Positions 50,626-63,815 of a DNA stretch of 64,000 nucleotides are shown piece after piece. Position 1 is the stretch's first letter. Each line of letters begins with the position of its first letter. The notes beneath the pieces are model-generated. The model was given only the letters and a program-made list of their open reading frames with translations, did not search any database and was not told the DNA's origin. The position numbers and the translations under genes were made by a program. The stretch lies in NCBI RefSeq assembly GCF_006345805.1, contig NC_043010.1, positions 49,290,001 to 49,354,000 of the forward strand, written 5' to 3'. The DNA is from Octopus sinensis. Taxonomy: Eukaryota.

Positions 50626-51510
50626 AAGAGGAAAGAAAAAGAGGAGGGTGGTGGAAATGTGGGAAGAAGAGAAAAAAGTGGGGTTAAGGACCGGGTGAGA
50701 ATGCAGTTCTAATAGGAGGAGTTAGGAAGAGAAGAAGAGGTGGAGAATTGCGTGCATGTAAAGGAGGGGGGTCAGTGTAGGGTTATGGATATAGGAAGAA
50801 TGGTGTGAGCAGCGAGGTGCAGGTGGTTAAAGTGATGGGGAGACGAGAAAGCAGAAAAGGCAGAGAGGAAGGGAACGAAAGGCTTACAAAATATATTTAA
50901 AAATCACGTGAAAAGAGGGAGAGTGGCAACAAGGAGAAAGGTTAATGTCCAGAGAAGAGGCTGTAAAGTCAATATAATGAAATAGGTAGGAATGTGTTGA
51001 AACGCAGAGTAGATTGGAACGCGTGGGTTAAAAGAAAATTATACATAAAGTACGAGGCGAGGGTGAGTTGATTGTAAAAGGGATGTAAAAAGGAATACTA
51101 TAAAAGTTAGTTTACACGGGCTGTGTGAAAGAATTGATGAAATCCAATAGAGAGGGTAAAGTTTCCAGAAAGTGGAGGTAATCCAATGCTGTAAGACATA
51201 CAGAAATGGGTTAACGATCGGTTTTACAAAAGCACGTGTTGCGTGGTGGGTGTTCGGTGGTGAAACAGAGATGATAACGGAAGGAAACTGTAACGGAGTA
51301 AGAGAGCGAAGTCAGGGGAGATAATAGTGTGTTAGTGTAAGAGCGTGCGTCTGCGTGCGTGCATGTTTGTGTGGTGTGTGAGTGTGTGCGCGAGTGCGTG
51401 ATTGTGGCTATGTGCGTGTATGTGTGTATGCGTACATGTGTGTATGTGTGTGGGCACGTGTTAAATGTGTGTGCTTGCGTGGTAGTACGTGGGCGTGAGT
51501 GCCCTTGCGC

Positions 51511-51745
51511 ATACCTATTTCTTTATTACCCACAAGGGGCTAAACACAGAGGGGACAAACAAAGATAGACATAGGTATTAAGTCGATTACATCAACCCCA
51601 GTGCGTAACTGGTACTTAATTTATCGACCCCGAAAGGATGAAAGGCAAAGTCGACCTCGGCGGAATTTGAACTCACAACGTAACGCAGACGAAATACCGC
51701 TTAGCATTTCGCCCGGCGTGCTAACGTTTCTGCCAGCTCGCCGCC
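51511..51745 (-). mobile_element. SINE family B with about 15-bp target-site duplication
   Basis: GCCCTTGCGCATACC at 51501-51515 and 51743-51757. Confidence 0.9.
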
Positions 51746-52094
51746 CTTGCGCATACCCGCTGATAACAACATAAACGACAATAATTGCAATAGCGGCGGC
51801 GGCGGCGGCAGTTACACCGATAACGCATTGAGCAGCAGCGGTGGCTACTGCAGCAATAATAACAGCTACAACAGCAGCAACAGCAATGCGTCCGGCAGTG
51901 GCAGCAACAGCGGCCTTGTTAGCGATTACTGCGACACCAGCATCGCGTCCATCAGTAACAGCAACAACGGCAACAGTACCACCAGCAGCAGTACCAGTGA
52001 CAGCAGTAGCAACCACAGCAGCAACAGCAGCACCACCAGCAACGGGTCCGGCAGTGACAATAACATCAGCAGCGATAACGACGGTAACAACAGC

Positions 52095-52440
52095 AGCTGT
52101 AACATCACTAGTACAAGGGCGCAAACCAGGAAATATGTCGGATCTACAGGCAGCCCATTCAAGCATCGTCTTAGCAATCACAGGTCATCCTTTATGATAC
52201 CGGAGAGGCACAACATCACGTTTCTGGTCAGCTATGTTTGGCATTTAAAAGAGGAGCGTATACCATACATAATTAAATGAAGGCTTCTAGAATAACCAGG
52301 GTCGTACCTCAACGGGAGAAAACAATGTAAGCTTTGCTTGCAAGAATCCTGAAAAGCTCACTTGACTCGGGGACCTTTTTAAACTCCGAGAAAGAGGTAT
52401 TTAGCCAGTGCTCACATCAGAGGAAATTCACGTTAGAAAC
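52095..52440 (+). pseudogene. Penelope-like GIY-YIG endonuclease remnant
   Basis: RKYVGSTGSPFKHRLSNHRSSF...FLVSYVWHLKE...IK*RLLE*..SYLNGRKQCKLCLQE. Confidence 0.85.
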
Positions 52441-52649
52441 ATGGAATTTCTCGTTTGCCGATTAGGAAAATGCTGCCATCATCAGCCATCTTCAGCATAA
52501 CTGAAACCGATCTAAGGTTTTGCCAGTAGAGTTTCGTTCCGGAATTTTTGGTTAACAAAATTAACTGATCATGACGTTTTCCTGCCTCCAGTTGTAGAGA
52601 GGTTATGTGACTCCGGCCATTTGGGTGTGATGAGTCACCTTGTTCTCGC

Positions 52650-52693
<44 letters not shown>

Positions 52694-52874
52694 ATCTATC
52701 TATCTATCTATCTGTCTTTCTGTCTGTCTGTCTGTCTGCATGTATGTATGTATACACACATGCACGCACACACACACACGTGTGTTGCATTCACATATAT
52801 ATATATGTAGAGAGGAAGAGAGAGAGGAGAATGAACATAAAAAGAGTACAGACAGATAGAGAGATATATAGATT

Positions 52875-52976
<102 letters not shown>

Positions 52977-53408
52977 AACCACGTTCGTACATAAATATAT
53001 ACGGATGCACAACTATGCTTATTTACTTATTAGTTGCTTTCATAATATAGTGAAGCGTGCAATATAAAAAGACATTATATCGATTTAAAGTGAATATTTT
53101 TCAACTGCAAATGATAAAAACGCCTGCAAGAATTTCATTTTCCATTCCACTTCGGTAGCTAAATTTAAACTTAATATATTTCAAAAGGGATGGAGAGAAA
53201 AAAAAATTGTTTACCGTTGCTATCAAACTTTGCTTTCGCTTGCAAGTTTTTGAAATTCTGATTCTGATTCGTTGTTATTCAGTTCTGTGAATTAATATCT
53301 CTGGAAACCCAAATATAAGTATTCTCTTGCTGTTCTTGAAAAGAAAATTAATTCTATAGATCTCATAATAAGTTTTATAATCTCGAAATACGGGACAAGA
53401 ACACAAAA

Positions 53409-53448
<40 letters not shown>

Positions 53449-54079
53449 CAATCATTTCGAAAACTCATGTACACTAATGCTGGCTACAAGTTCAGCGAAA
53501 CACACCAATACATCTCTATGTATGTATTTACCAATGGCAATTGGGGAAAATTCAATTATAATAAAGCCACTGAACTATATGCATTTGATTACGATCAGTG
53601 ACTTGTCGTATGGTTGAGTTTTATAAATTCTTTACTGCCAGTTCTTTTGACTGACGGGTTTTATGTGCTAGCAATTACTACGATTTATTTTCAGAAAGGA
53701 ATGGTTTCAATTCTTCAACGCTCTGTTGAAAAATAAAATTGAAATTGGATTGTTTTTGGTAATTTGTTAGAGAAGTAGTAGCAGTGCCAGTCATCTTTAT
53801 AAGCTTTTCCGGACTGGTTATATCGATGCGGCTGTTGTTTATTTGGAATGTCTATAGAAGCGTGAGAATTTCTGAAGAACTAAAAAGAAACTATTCGCCG
53901 AAGTGTTTAAAGTGGAATCTGGTTTGAAGGAATCTCAGTAGGGATGGCGAGAGAAAAAGAGACCAGTGCATCAACGTAGACTTAGTTAGATGTGGTATAT
54001 TTATTGCTAGGTCAGACTAAGAGTTTTTGTTTGCAGTGAGGTAGAAGCAGCTATAATGAAACTGCACGCATGTGAATTA

Positions 54080-54601
54080 CCGTAAATCCTCGAGTATAGT
54101 CCGCCCTTGAGTATAATACGCAGGGGACTTTTAGGGGGCTGTACCTCCGAAAAACCTAAACCTTGTGTATAATACGCACCCTTTCTCTAACTTGAGTCAT
54201 GTGTAATTAAGCCAGCAGCACCTAGTCGAACAAACACTTCCGCGCATGCGTAATACAATAATGGTGATGTTCTTAACTGTTATATGGGAATGTGAATATG
54301 TTTGCAAATTGTTTTTGTTACATGTTATTCTGTGTTCTGAATACTTTTATTTTAATAAATGTTGCTTACTGCAAGTTATGGATGATTCTTTTATGACTTC
54401 ATTGCTTTCAGGCTGAGCTTAAGTTATTTTCGCGCCCGACATCACAAAATGCGTCTGAATAAACATTGCCGGACAGCAAATAGAGACTCGGATATTGCTT
54501 AGAAAATATTTTTCATTTTTAATCTCGTATATAGTACGCACTAGGGATTTTGGCCTTTAAATTTTGGGGAAAAAATGCGGATTATACTCGAGGATTTACG
54601 G
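54080..54601 (+). mobile_element. Tc1/mariner-superfamily (pogo-like) MITE
   Basis: TA|CCGTAAATCCTCGAGTATA ... TATACTCGAGGATTTACGG|TA. Confidence 0.9.
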
Positions 54602-55089
54602 TAGTGGATGTACCAAACTGGTAAGTGAATGTTTGCCATCAAGGAAACTGGCTTTTCTGAGCATGTGATCTATGGTGATTGTGTGTAGTTGTGAAATCGT
54701 CCCTGCCATATGAGTAGTGAACGAGCTGGTGATAATCATATTTGAACTTCGTAGGTCATCAGATGGTCAGAGCTGCAGTAGTTTCAGGTATCAAGAAGGA
54801 GACTAATATTCTGGGTGCAGTTAAGGTGAGGAGCTAGCGGAATTGTTACAGCGCTGGGAAAAGATTTTAGCGACATTTCTTCCAACTTAACATTCTGAGT
54901 TCGAATGCCGCTGGGGTCGACTTTGCCTGTCATCTTTTGAGGGTCTAGAAACACCGGGGTCCATGTAATCGATTTACCTCCTCCTCTGAAATTGCTGGCC
55001 TTGTGGCAAAATTTGAAATCAATATCTTGGGTGAAGTTTTGGTAATATTACATATGTAGGGTTCCCATGAGACATTAAGGAAAAATTCT

Positions 55090-55435
55090 TTTTTACTCTA
55101 GGCACAAGGCTCGAAATTTTTAGGGATGGGCAGTCGATGAAATCGACTCCAGTACGTAACTGGTACTAAATTTATCGACCCCTAAGGGACGAAAGGCAAA
55201 GTCGATCTCGGCAGAATTTGAACTCAGAACATGAAGACAGACGAAATACCTATTTCTTTACAACCCACAAGGGGTTAAACACAGAAAGGACAGACAAACG
55301 GATTAAGTCGATTACATCGACCCCAGTGCGTAACAGGTACTTATTTTATCGACCCCGAAAGGATGAAAAGCAAAGTCGACCTCGGCGGAATTTGAACTCA
55401 GAACGTAGCGAACAGACGAAATACCGCTAAGCATT
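55090..55435 (-). mobile_element. SINE family B head-to-tail dimer
   Basis: Junction ACGAAATACCTATTTCTTTA at about 55241-55260. Confidence 0.8.
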
Positions 55436-55730
55436 CAGTTGCCGTCTCTCGGTGATGCCTACGAGCTTGAAAGCCAGTCAATGACAACCGATATTATTAT
55501 CATCACAGAAAAATGTAGATTCACTTGATTAGGCAGAGAGAAGGAAACGCGCAAGAAACTCAGTCAGCTGGCTGAACCGTTAGGGCTTCCAATGCGTGGG
55601 GCTAATTTAGAGGTTCACAACGTGGGCGGTACCGCCCCTAAGAGAGTGCTGAGCATGTTGAGAGGGTCTTTAGGAAGCGGTGAGGTAACATAATTACCAT
55701 ACTAAATTTTACCTGTAGTAGTAATTATAT

Positions 55731-56094
55731 TTAATGTGACAGTCCCATGAAAGGAATCATACTATTGCTATTTAGCCCTAGGAAGCAGCAACGCTCCCTG
55801 TCGGCCTTGATACATTTCCTGTGTCCTTATGTTTTCAAGGGGGAGATAAGCACCTCCACCCAGCTAAGCCTGCATCCAGAGACTAGTTTCTTAGCAGGCC
55901 ATGCTACTCCAGACTGATGACAAGCAAATACTCAGAAACTAGTCTCTGAATGCAGGCTTAGCTGGGTGGAGATGCTTATCTCCCCCTTGTTAACATAAGG
56001 ACACAGGAAATGTGTCAAAGCCGACAGGAAGCGTTGCTGCTTTCTAGGGCTAAATAGCAGTAGTATGATTTCCTTCATGGGACTGTCACATTAA
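55731..56094. mobile_element. Fold-back MITE with about 160-bp arms and TTAA ends
   Basis: TTAATGTGACAGTCCCATGAA...TTCATGGGACTGTCACATTAA; about 40-bp spacer. Confidence 0.85.
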
Positions 56095-56189
56095 GTTGAC
56101 AGTATACAACTACTTTATCGTACCACTACTGCATAGATCTCTCTGAGATATTTAGAAATGTATTATTTCTATTTTAGTAATTATATTTG

Positions 56190-56325
56190 TGTGTTTTTGT
56201 GTGTTTCTTAAATGGCTTATAAACACCTTCCACGCTGCAATTGTTTTCGTTCCAGCACACGATCTCAGATCAGGTCACTTGCTATGCAAGTACATCTCAG
56301 TAATTATATTATTCTCGATAAAACT
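56190..56325 (+). repeat. 3' tail copy of the element at 61395-61597
   Basis: Reverse complement of 61395-61510; lacks the hammerhead part. Confidence 0.8.
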
Positions 56326-56654
56326 AGTAATGGTAAATAAAATAAAATCTCACCAGACACAGGGAGGTCATTAACTTGCAATGTATAAAGTAAATTTACA
56401 ACTTTTGTTTTTATTCATTTTTAATCATTTGACTGTTAAGAGCTTATGCAATTCATTTTTAGAGTAAAATTTATAAATTATCATCCATGTTATGTTTGTT
56501 TAGTCGTGATACCTCACTCACCACTGAGGTAGGCGCAAAGCGTTAAGACTACTTTAGCGGGGTGAGGTGCTACAAAAAAAAATGTTAAGAAACGTTGGGT
56601 TAATTAGTAGCTGGGAAATCGACAGTTCATATTTTGTCACTACCCCTGCAATGT

Positions 56655-56887
56655 TTACTCTTTTACTTGTTTCAGTCATTTGACTGTGGTCATGCTGGAG
56701 CACCGCTTTTAGTCGAGCAAATCGACCCCAGGACTTATTCTTTGGACGCCTAGTAATTATTCTATCGGTCGCTTTTGCCGAACCGCTAATGTTACGGGAC
56801 GTAAAATACACCAGCATCGGTTGTCAAGCCTGTTGGGGCACAACCAGACACCAAAACATATACACACACACAAACATACATATATAT

Positions 56888-56920
<33 letters not shown>

Positions 56921-56994
56921 CTATATATATATACATACAATATACAACAGGCTTCTTTTCAGTTTCTGTCTACCAAATCCACACACAAACGTAA

Positions 56995-57034
<40 letters not shown>

Positions 57035-57063
57035 CACACACATACACCGCATACGCGCGCCGC

Positions 57064-57100
<37 letters not shown>

Positions 57101-57274
57101 CATATATACGACGGGTTTCTTTCAGTTTCCGTTTACCAAATCCACTCACAAGGCTTTGGTCGGCCCGAGGCTATAATAGAAGGCACTTGCCCAAGGTGCC
57201 ACGCAGTGGGACTGGACCCGGAACCATGTGGTTTATAAGCAAGCTACTTACCACACAACCACTCCTACGCCTAT
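56655..57274 (-). mobile_element. SINE family A with internal duplication
   Basis: GGCTTCTTTCAGTTTC..TACCAAATCCAC segment occurs at about 56950 and 57115. Confidence 0.85.
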
Positions 57275-57936
57275 GCTGGTAACGAACGATGCACGTAACC
57301 TAGAATCTGGGGGCTAGAGATACCCAGGTGAAGACGATCGCTTGTTCAAAGTGCGGTAGCCGTAGTCAAACCTCTTAACACACTCTGACACGTTCTACCT
57401 AGCTTTCTCCGTCATTCTCCTCGCCTCACTTTACCCCCCCCCCAACATACCACACACACCTCCACCGCCCTCTTCATTCATAATCACATTTGCCATTTGA
57501 ACGTTAACATGGAAAGAATATGATCAAATAGATCAATCTAAGGGACATAACTCCGATAGGCTTAAGGACCTTCGATATTAAAAGAAAAACTCAAACCTGC
57601 CATTTTCATCTAACAGATTTTCTTTTTAATATCTCATGGACTTGCAATATCATTTTGTACGTTTCTGATGTGCATCTGTGTGTGCGCGTGCGCGCGTGCT
57701 CCAACATGTTAAATGATTTAGCTAACGATCGTTGTTGGATAATGAAAAGGATATGAATATCTACGTTCCTTTATTTGTTTTATTTTACTCTGCGATTGAT
57801 GAGCTATACCTTTAGTTTCTGCAGAAAATTTTCGGCTTAGTAGATTGTCTTTCTTTTCTATATCTCCCTGATAGGTTGGGGTTCGCATTGAAACATTGAC
57901 TGGGGCATTCGGCTGGATTTCACGAATTCTTATTCA

Positions 57937-58033
<97 letters not shown>

Positions 58034-58064
58034 GAGAGAGAGAGAGAGATAGTACAGTCCCACT

Positions 58065-58154
58065 GCGAGACATACAGGGGCAAGTGTCTTCTACTATGGC
58101 CTCAGGCCGACCTTGTCAGTGGATTTGATGGACGGAAACTGGAAGAAGCCCATC

Positions 58155-58191
<37 letters not shown>

Positions 58192-58405
58192 TATATTTGC
58201 GTGTGTGAGTGTGAGTGTGTTTTCCCCCACCCCACCCGCCATCGCTTGACAATAGATGCTGGTGTGCTTATGACCCATAACTTAGCGGTTAGGCAAAAAA
58301 AAAACGATGAAATGAGTACTAGACATACAAAGAATAAGTCCTCAGGTCGATTTCTTCGGCTAACATCCTTTAAGGCGGGTAAAACAAGTAAAAGAATAAA
58401 AGAAT
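58065..58405 (+). mobile_element. SINE family A, 5'-truncated
   Basis: Match to the family A body and tail. Confidence 0.85.
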
Positions 58406-59111
58406 AAAATAATATGTACACACACACATGTATGTATGTGCGTGCGTGTGTGTGTGTGTAAGTTTTTACAAAAGAATTCTTAATATAGTGACATAATTTG
58501 AAGTAGGATTTTCTAAAATTAAAGATTATAAATTGAATTTTAAAATCCTAATAACAAAAAAAAAAACAGAATGAGATGAACCTTTTGCAAGGAAGTTTTC
58601 ATATTATGTTTAATAGCTTTCACTGTTTACAGCTTTTCAAACACGTTTTATGGAGTAATTATATGACTTATCCAAGAATATGCATGATTGAAAAGCTGTA
58701 AACAGTGAAAACAATTAAACGCCATATAAAAGCTCACTTTCAAAAGTTACGTGTAATTTTGTTTTAAGATTTTTCTGTGTGATAAATACTTTCTAATTTA
58801 AGAAAATCGTTATTCACATGTGTGCATGTGTGTGTGTGTGTGTGTGTGTTGTGTGTGTGTGTGTGTGTGTATGTGTGTGTGTGTGTGTGTGCCATGCACG
58901 AAACTCTTGTCTCTTGAGTCACTTTTTGTAAAATTTGCCGATTAAAGTGATAAAGTGATAATATATATATACTCTTGTGTTAAGTTCTATATATTCTGTT
59001 TGTTCCACCAAACCTATGTATGTATGTATGTATGTATGTATGTATGTATGTATGTTTGTATGTATTTACGTCTGTATGTATATGTTTTATACATACGTAC
59101 ATGCATACATG

Positions 59112-59232
<121 letters not shown>

Positions 59233-59312
59233 CACACATATATACACACACACATACATATATATATATACATAGATATACATACATACATAGAAATATT
59301 AAAATTTCTAAG

Positions 59313-59997
59313 TCTCTCTAAAGGAGACTACGGCGGCGGTACTGGAAATTAACGGCTATCGCCAAGCTAATATGGCAGTCCATAAATATAAGACTAAAGC
59401 TGCCGTTGATTAGCTCCAAGAGGCCATCGCCTCTAGCTAGCTATATGACACACGAACCTGTGTCCATTATAACCTTCGAACAGGAGGCAAATATCCTGAT
59501 AAAGGGAAAAATACCCTGAAGCATGTCTGCAGATGCCTGACCAGCAAGGGGAAGCGGCTGACCTCCCCTGTTCGAAGGTTATAATGGACACAGGCGATGT
59601 TGATCGCCATTTCCAAAACTTTTTCTTTTCTCAAACCTTCAAGACTTCTCCTATCGTTTTAAAGTGCGTAGTGCGAAAAACATAGACCAAAATCAGTACT
59701 GAGTGAGGGCGGGGGTTTGAAAAGGTTAATAAATTTTCGATTTTTTTTCTTTTTTTTTTATAGCAAAGACCATTGCTTTTAAGTGCATAGTGCAAAATTA
59801 AATTGGACAAAACCAGTCAGAAAGTCGGGAAGGTGGATTTATAAATTTTCAAAAATGATTTTCATAAAAAGCTTTCCCCCCGGAAAATCCTCATCAAAAC
59901 GTAGGAAATCCGATTTATGTGGGTATGCTATTCCAAAAGTTTCCCAAAGCATTCTATTGTGAAAATTACCCGGCAACGACAATATACTCAGCTAGAG
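59313..59997 (+). mobile_element. Possible Helitron-like element with an internal 32-bp inverted repeat
   Basis: Ends CCCGGCAACG...CAGCTAG, resembling the 3' end of 23020-23380; arms at about 59457-59488 and 59561-59593. 5' boundary uncertain. Confidence 0.4.
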
Positions 59998-60279
59998 GAG
60001 CTCAAGTCAAAAGAGTTACGAAATTATAAGATATGATAGGAGGTGGGAGTCATATAATCTCACATGCCTTTCGGGTATTACCCTCTCTTTATTATTTAAG
60101 AATTGCGTTTGATATCCTTGGGCGGTATAACGGTAGTCCGATGACTGGAGCCAGCAAAGGGATTAATTATTGTATCCGTGTCCTAACGCTGTTATGAAAC
60201 AGAATTGTAAACCTAGAAACCTTTCAACACTTCCACACACTGATAACTCGGATTAACTATTCTGATCTCGCTAAACTTA

Positions 60280-60682
60280 TCTCTTTATTGCCCACAAGGG
60301 GCTAAACATAGAGGGGGAAAATAAGGACAGACAAAAGGATTAAGTCGATTGTATTAAATAACTGGTACTTAATTTATCGACCCCGAAAGGATGAAAGGCA
60401 AAGTCGACCTTGGCAAAATTTGAACTCAGAACGTAACGGCAAACGAAATACCTATTTCTTTACTACCCATAAGGGGCTAAACACAGAGAGGACAAACAAG
60501 AACAGACAAACGGATTAAGTCGATTATATCGACCTCAGTGCGTAACTGGTACTTATTTAATCGACCCCGAAAGGATGAAAGGCAAAGTCGACCTCGGCGG
60601 AATTTGAACTCAGAACGCAGCGGCAGACGAAATACGGCTACGCATTTCGCCCGGCGTGCTAACGTTTCTGCCAGCTCACCGC
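60280..60682 (-). mobile_element. SINE family B head-to-tail dimer
   Basis: Full unit 60455-60682 joined to a 5'-less unit through the same junction as 55090-55435. Confidence 0.85.
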
Positions 60683-61350
60683 TCGGTGTAGTTTCTGTTT
60701 TGTTCAAGTAAAATACAAACACATGCACGAGCGCGCTCACACACACACACGCGCGCGCGCACACACACACATGCACACACAGACACACACACGCACACAC
60801 TCACACACACCACCGTTAAAGTTGGTTAAGAAAGCCAGTTGGAAATAAGGAAGTTAGTTAGAACTTTTATACTTTTACCCATTTCAATATTTCGGGTTAA
60901 AGCACCTTTATCAAGAGGAAAAAGAAGGATAGCGACGAGCCGGTTTCATGTGCACATATGACTTCACTGCAAACCAAATAAGCAACCCTTTAACAAAAGA
61001 AATGGCTTTCAATAGCATTTATCCCCTTTAAGAAAAATTTGAAAAATATCTTTAACAAGTTGCTATTCAACAGTGAATTCTTTAAACTAAGAAACATTCT
61101 TGTTTGGCAGCCAGGGAAGGATCGTAAAACTTCTTTTGCTTTGACAATATTGTATTCACTTGTTGACGATTATCATTGCTTATCATTGCTATAACACCAG
61201 CAAAAATAACAGTAAACATTCTGATTCAATTATTCCTTTCCCTTATGATAAACAGGCTGTTCATTTACTTCTCTGTATCACTGTCTTTCTGCATTCTCTC
61301 ATCACCATCTGTCTCCACATCTATTTCTCTTATACTATATATATATGTAT

Positions 61351-61394
<44 letters not shown>

Positions 61395-61407
<13 letters not shown>

Positions 61408-61597
61408 TACGGAGATGTACTTGCATAGCAAGTGATTTGATCTGATACCGTGTACTGGAACGAAAACAATTGCAGCGTGGAAGGTGATTGTAAGCCATTT
61501 AAGAAACACAAAAGCCGTTCGATTCACTTCAACATTTAAGTTTAATTTGTCAAAACATTTTCGTCGCTTTAAGACCGCGACCTGTTCACTGACAAAA
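61395..61597 (-). mobile_element. Short HHR-bearing element between (TA)n tracts
   Basis: Hammerhead-like motif at the 5' part, about 150-nt tail, then (TA)n. Confidence 0.7.
61546..61597 (-). ncRNA. Minimal hammerhead-like motif, G3-C8 variant
   Basis: UUUGUCA-GUGAACA-G-GUCGC(GGUCUUAAA)GCGAC-GAA-AAUGUU-U/UGACAAA. Confidence 0.6.
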
Positions 61598-61636
61598 ATA
61601 TATATATATATTTATATGTTTATACACACACACACA

Positions 61637-61709
<73 letters not shown>

Positions 61710-62299
61710 CACATAACATATGTATATTCACACACATATATATATACTCATGCATGCACATATGTATATACGCATGTATGAATGTAAGTATGTATGTATG
61801 TATGTATGGATGGATGGATGGATGGATGGATGGATGGATATGCATCCCTCGAGGATAGCGTTATTTTTTTTACAGTTATGCTTTAACCCATAAATACTCA
61901 TTCTGCAAAAACAAAACCAAAAGCGATAAAAACTGGATTCGCAACCAAGGATCGAAACCTCGATCTTCATGTTAGCTTCTATTGTTCTTGTAATTAGAAT
62001 ATGTTAGTTCATCCTGTCAAATTTGCCAATCTAGAAGGCACATACTATTGTACTGTCAATGACCTAGATCGAATTTAACACAGCTTTATATCGAGATACC
62101 TATAGTAAAGCTTTCTCTTTCGGCCACTAACGGTCTGTTTACTCCTATCATCATGGAAGTCAGAGAAATAGCTTACACACACACACTCATACAGACATGT
62201 ACGCACGCACACACGCACACATATACGCCCCACCATACAGACATGCAATACATTTTGCACGAGTTTTACATCAACTTAGAGACAGCTTACTGCGAGATA

Positions 62300-62799
62300 C
62301 CGTAAATCCTCGAGTATAGTCCGCCCTTGAGCAGGGGATTTTTTCTGAAAAACCTAAACCTTGTGTATAATACGCACCCCTTCTCTAACTTGAGTCGTTT
62401 GTAATTAAGCCAGCAGCACCTAGTCGAACAAACACTTCCGCGGATGCGTAATACAATAATGGTGATGTTCTTAACTGTTATATGGGAATGTAAATATGTT
62501 TGCAAATTGATTTTGTTACATGTTATTCTGTGTTCCGAATACTTTTATTTTAATAAATGTTGCTTACTGCAAGTTTTGGATGATTCTTTTATGACTTCAT
62601 TGCTTTCAGGTTTAGCTTAAGCTATTTTCGTGCCCGACATCACAAAATGTGTCTGAATAAACATTGCCGGACAGCAAATAGAGACTTGGACATTGCTTAG
62701 AAAATAATTTTCATTTTTAACCTCGTATATAGTACGCACTAGGGATTTTGACCTTTAAATTTTGGGAAAAAAGTGCGGATTATACTCGAGGATTTACGG
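62300..62799 (+). mobile_element. Tc1/mariner-superfamily (pogo-like) MITE
   Basis: Third copy of the CCGTAAATCCTCGAGTATA TIR family. Confidence 0.9.
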
Positions 62800-63202
62800 C
62801 ACTCTTTCAAAACTAATTAACATTCATATTTACTTCCAGTTCGTAGCATTTGTGAAAAACTTCGTAACGGTTCAATAAAGTCAATAAAGTTTATAAATCA
62901 TCTTGTGTCAATTTCTTTCAGTTCATCATAAAATGATTAACTATTCAACATGAAGCCTATCTCAACTTTTTATCAAGCATCCTACAGTTATACAGTTTAC
63001 AAATGCTAACCTCAACATACTACACCTAACCGTTACAATTGGTAACCCCGATTGCCTAACTGTTATACAACCAACGTAAGCAGGCTTAATCGTCTGAAAT
63101 ATAATCAAGTTTCATTTCATTATTTTGTATTTTCAAAACAAAAGAGGACACAGAAAAAACTTTACAATTTCATATTGTGTTAAAGGGAAAGACGGGGCAA
63201 AA

Positions 63203-63384
63203 CGAATCCCCTATGGGAGAAGTTCGATATTTCCGTCAAAAATGCAAACATCTTAATGTAAATTGCTATGTGCATAGTGAATAGCCATTCACATGTTTCT
63301 GTGTAGTATGACTAATTGGAAAAAAAAATCTTGCATAGATATGTGCGAAAGAAATTTTTTATCAGACATGGTCCGTTTTGCCCC
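63203..63384. mobile_element. Possible small MITE
   Basis: GGGGCAAAACGAA ... TCCGTTTTGCCCC short inverted termini only. Confidence 0.4.
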
Positions 63385-63436
63385 ATAAGAATGTTTATTA
63401 CATTTTTCCGTATTCATGTACATAGTTGTGTGTATT

Positions 63437-63815
63437 AGGCGCAATGGTCCAGTGGTTAGGGCAGCGGACTCGCGGTCGTAGGATCGCGGTTTCGATTCCC
63501 AGACCGGGCGTTGTGAGTGTTTATTGAGCGAAAACACCTAAAGCTCTACGAGGCTCCGGCAGGGATGGTGGTGATCCCTGCTGTACTCTTTCATCACAAC
63601 TTTCTCTCACTCTTACTTCCTGTTTCTGTTGTACCTGTATTTCAAAGGGCCGGCCTTGTCACTCTCTGTGTCACGCTGAATATCCCCGAGAACTGCGTTA
63701 AGGGTACACGTGTCTGTGGAGTGCTCAGCCACTTACACGTTAATTTCACGAGCAGGCTGTTCCGTTGATCGGATCAACCGGAACCCTCGTCGTCGTAACC
63801 GACGGAGTGCTTCCA
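63437..63815 (+). mobile_element. SINE family D, full length
   Basis: tRNA-like head GGCGCAATGGTCCAGTGGTTAGGGCAGCGGACTCGCGGTCGTAGGATCGCGGTTTCGATTCCC; copies at 9640 and 35470. Confidence 0.9.

Noticed and set aside
51060-51180. LLDFINSF string on the minus strand resembling a Penelope RT segment
   Set aside because: Too short, and the flanking translation shows no further RT motifs.
51621-52280. Long Ala/Val-, Thr/Ala- and Ser/Asn-rich ORFs (186, 177, 118 aa)
   Set aside because: A decayed (AGC/AAC)n trinucleotide tract lacks stops in several frames; only the last about 60 codons (GIY-YIG) are real TE coding sequence.
53870-53900. CTGAAGA-ACTAAAAA-GAAAC
   Set aside because: No helix II pairing; chance match.
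63437-63510. tRNA-like sequences at SINE heads (also 7140-7213, 9950-10019, 24331-24400, 35555-35627)
   Set aside because: They have A/B boxes but no proper acceptor stem closure and run into SINE bodies, so they are not called as tRNA genes.
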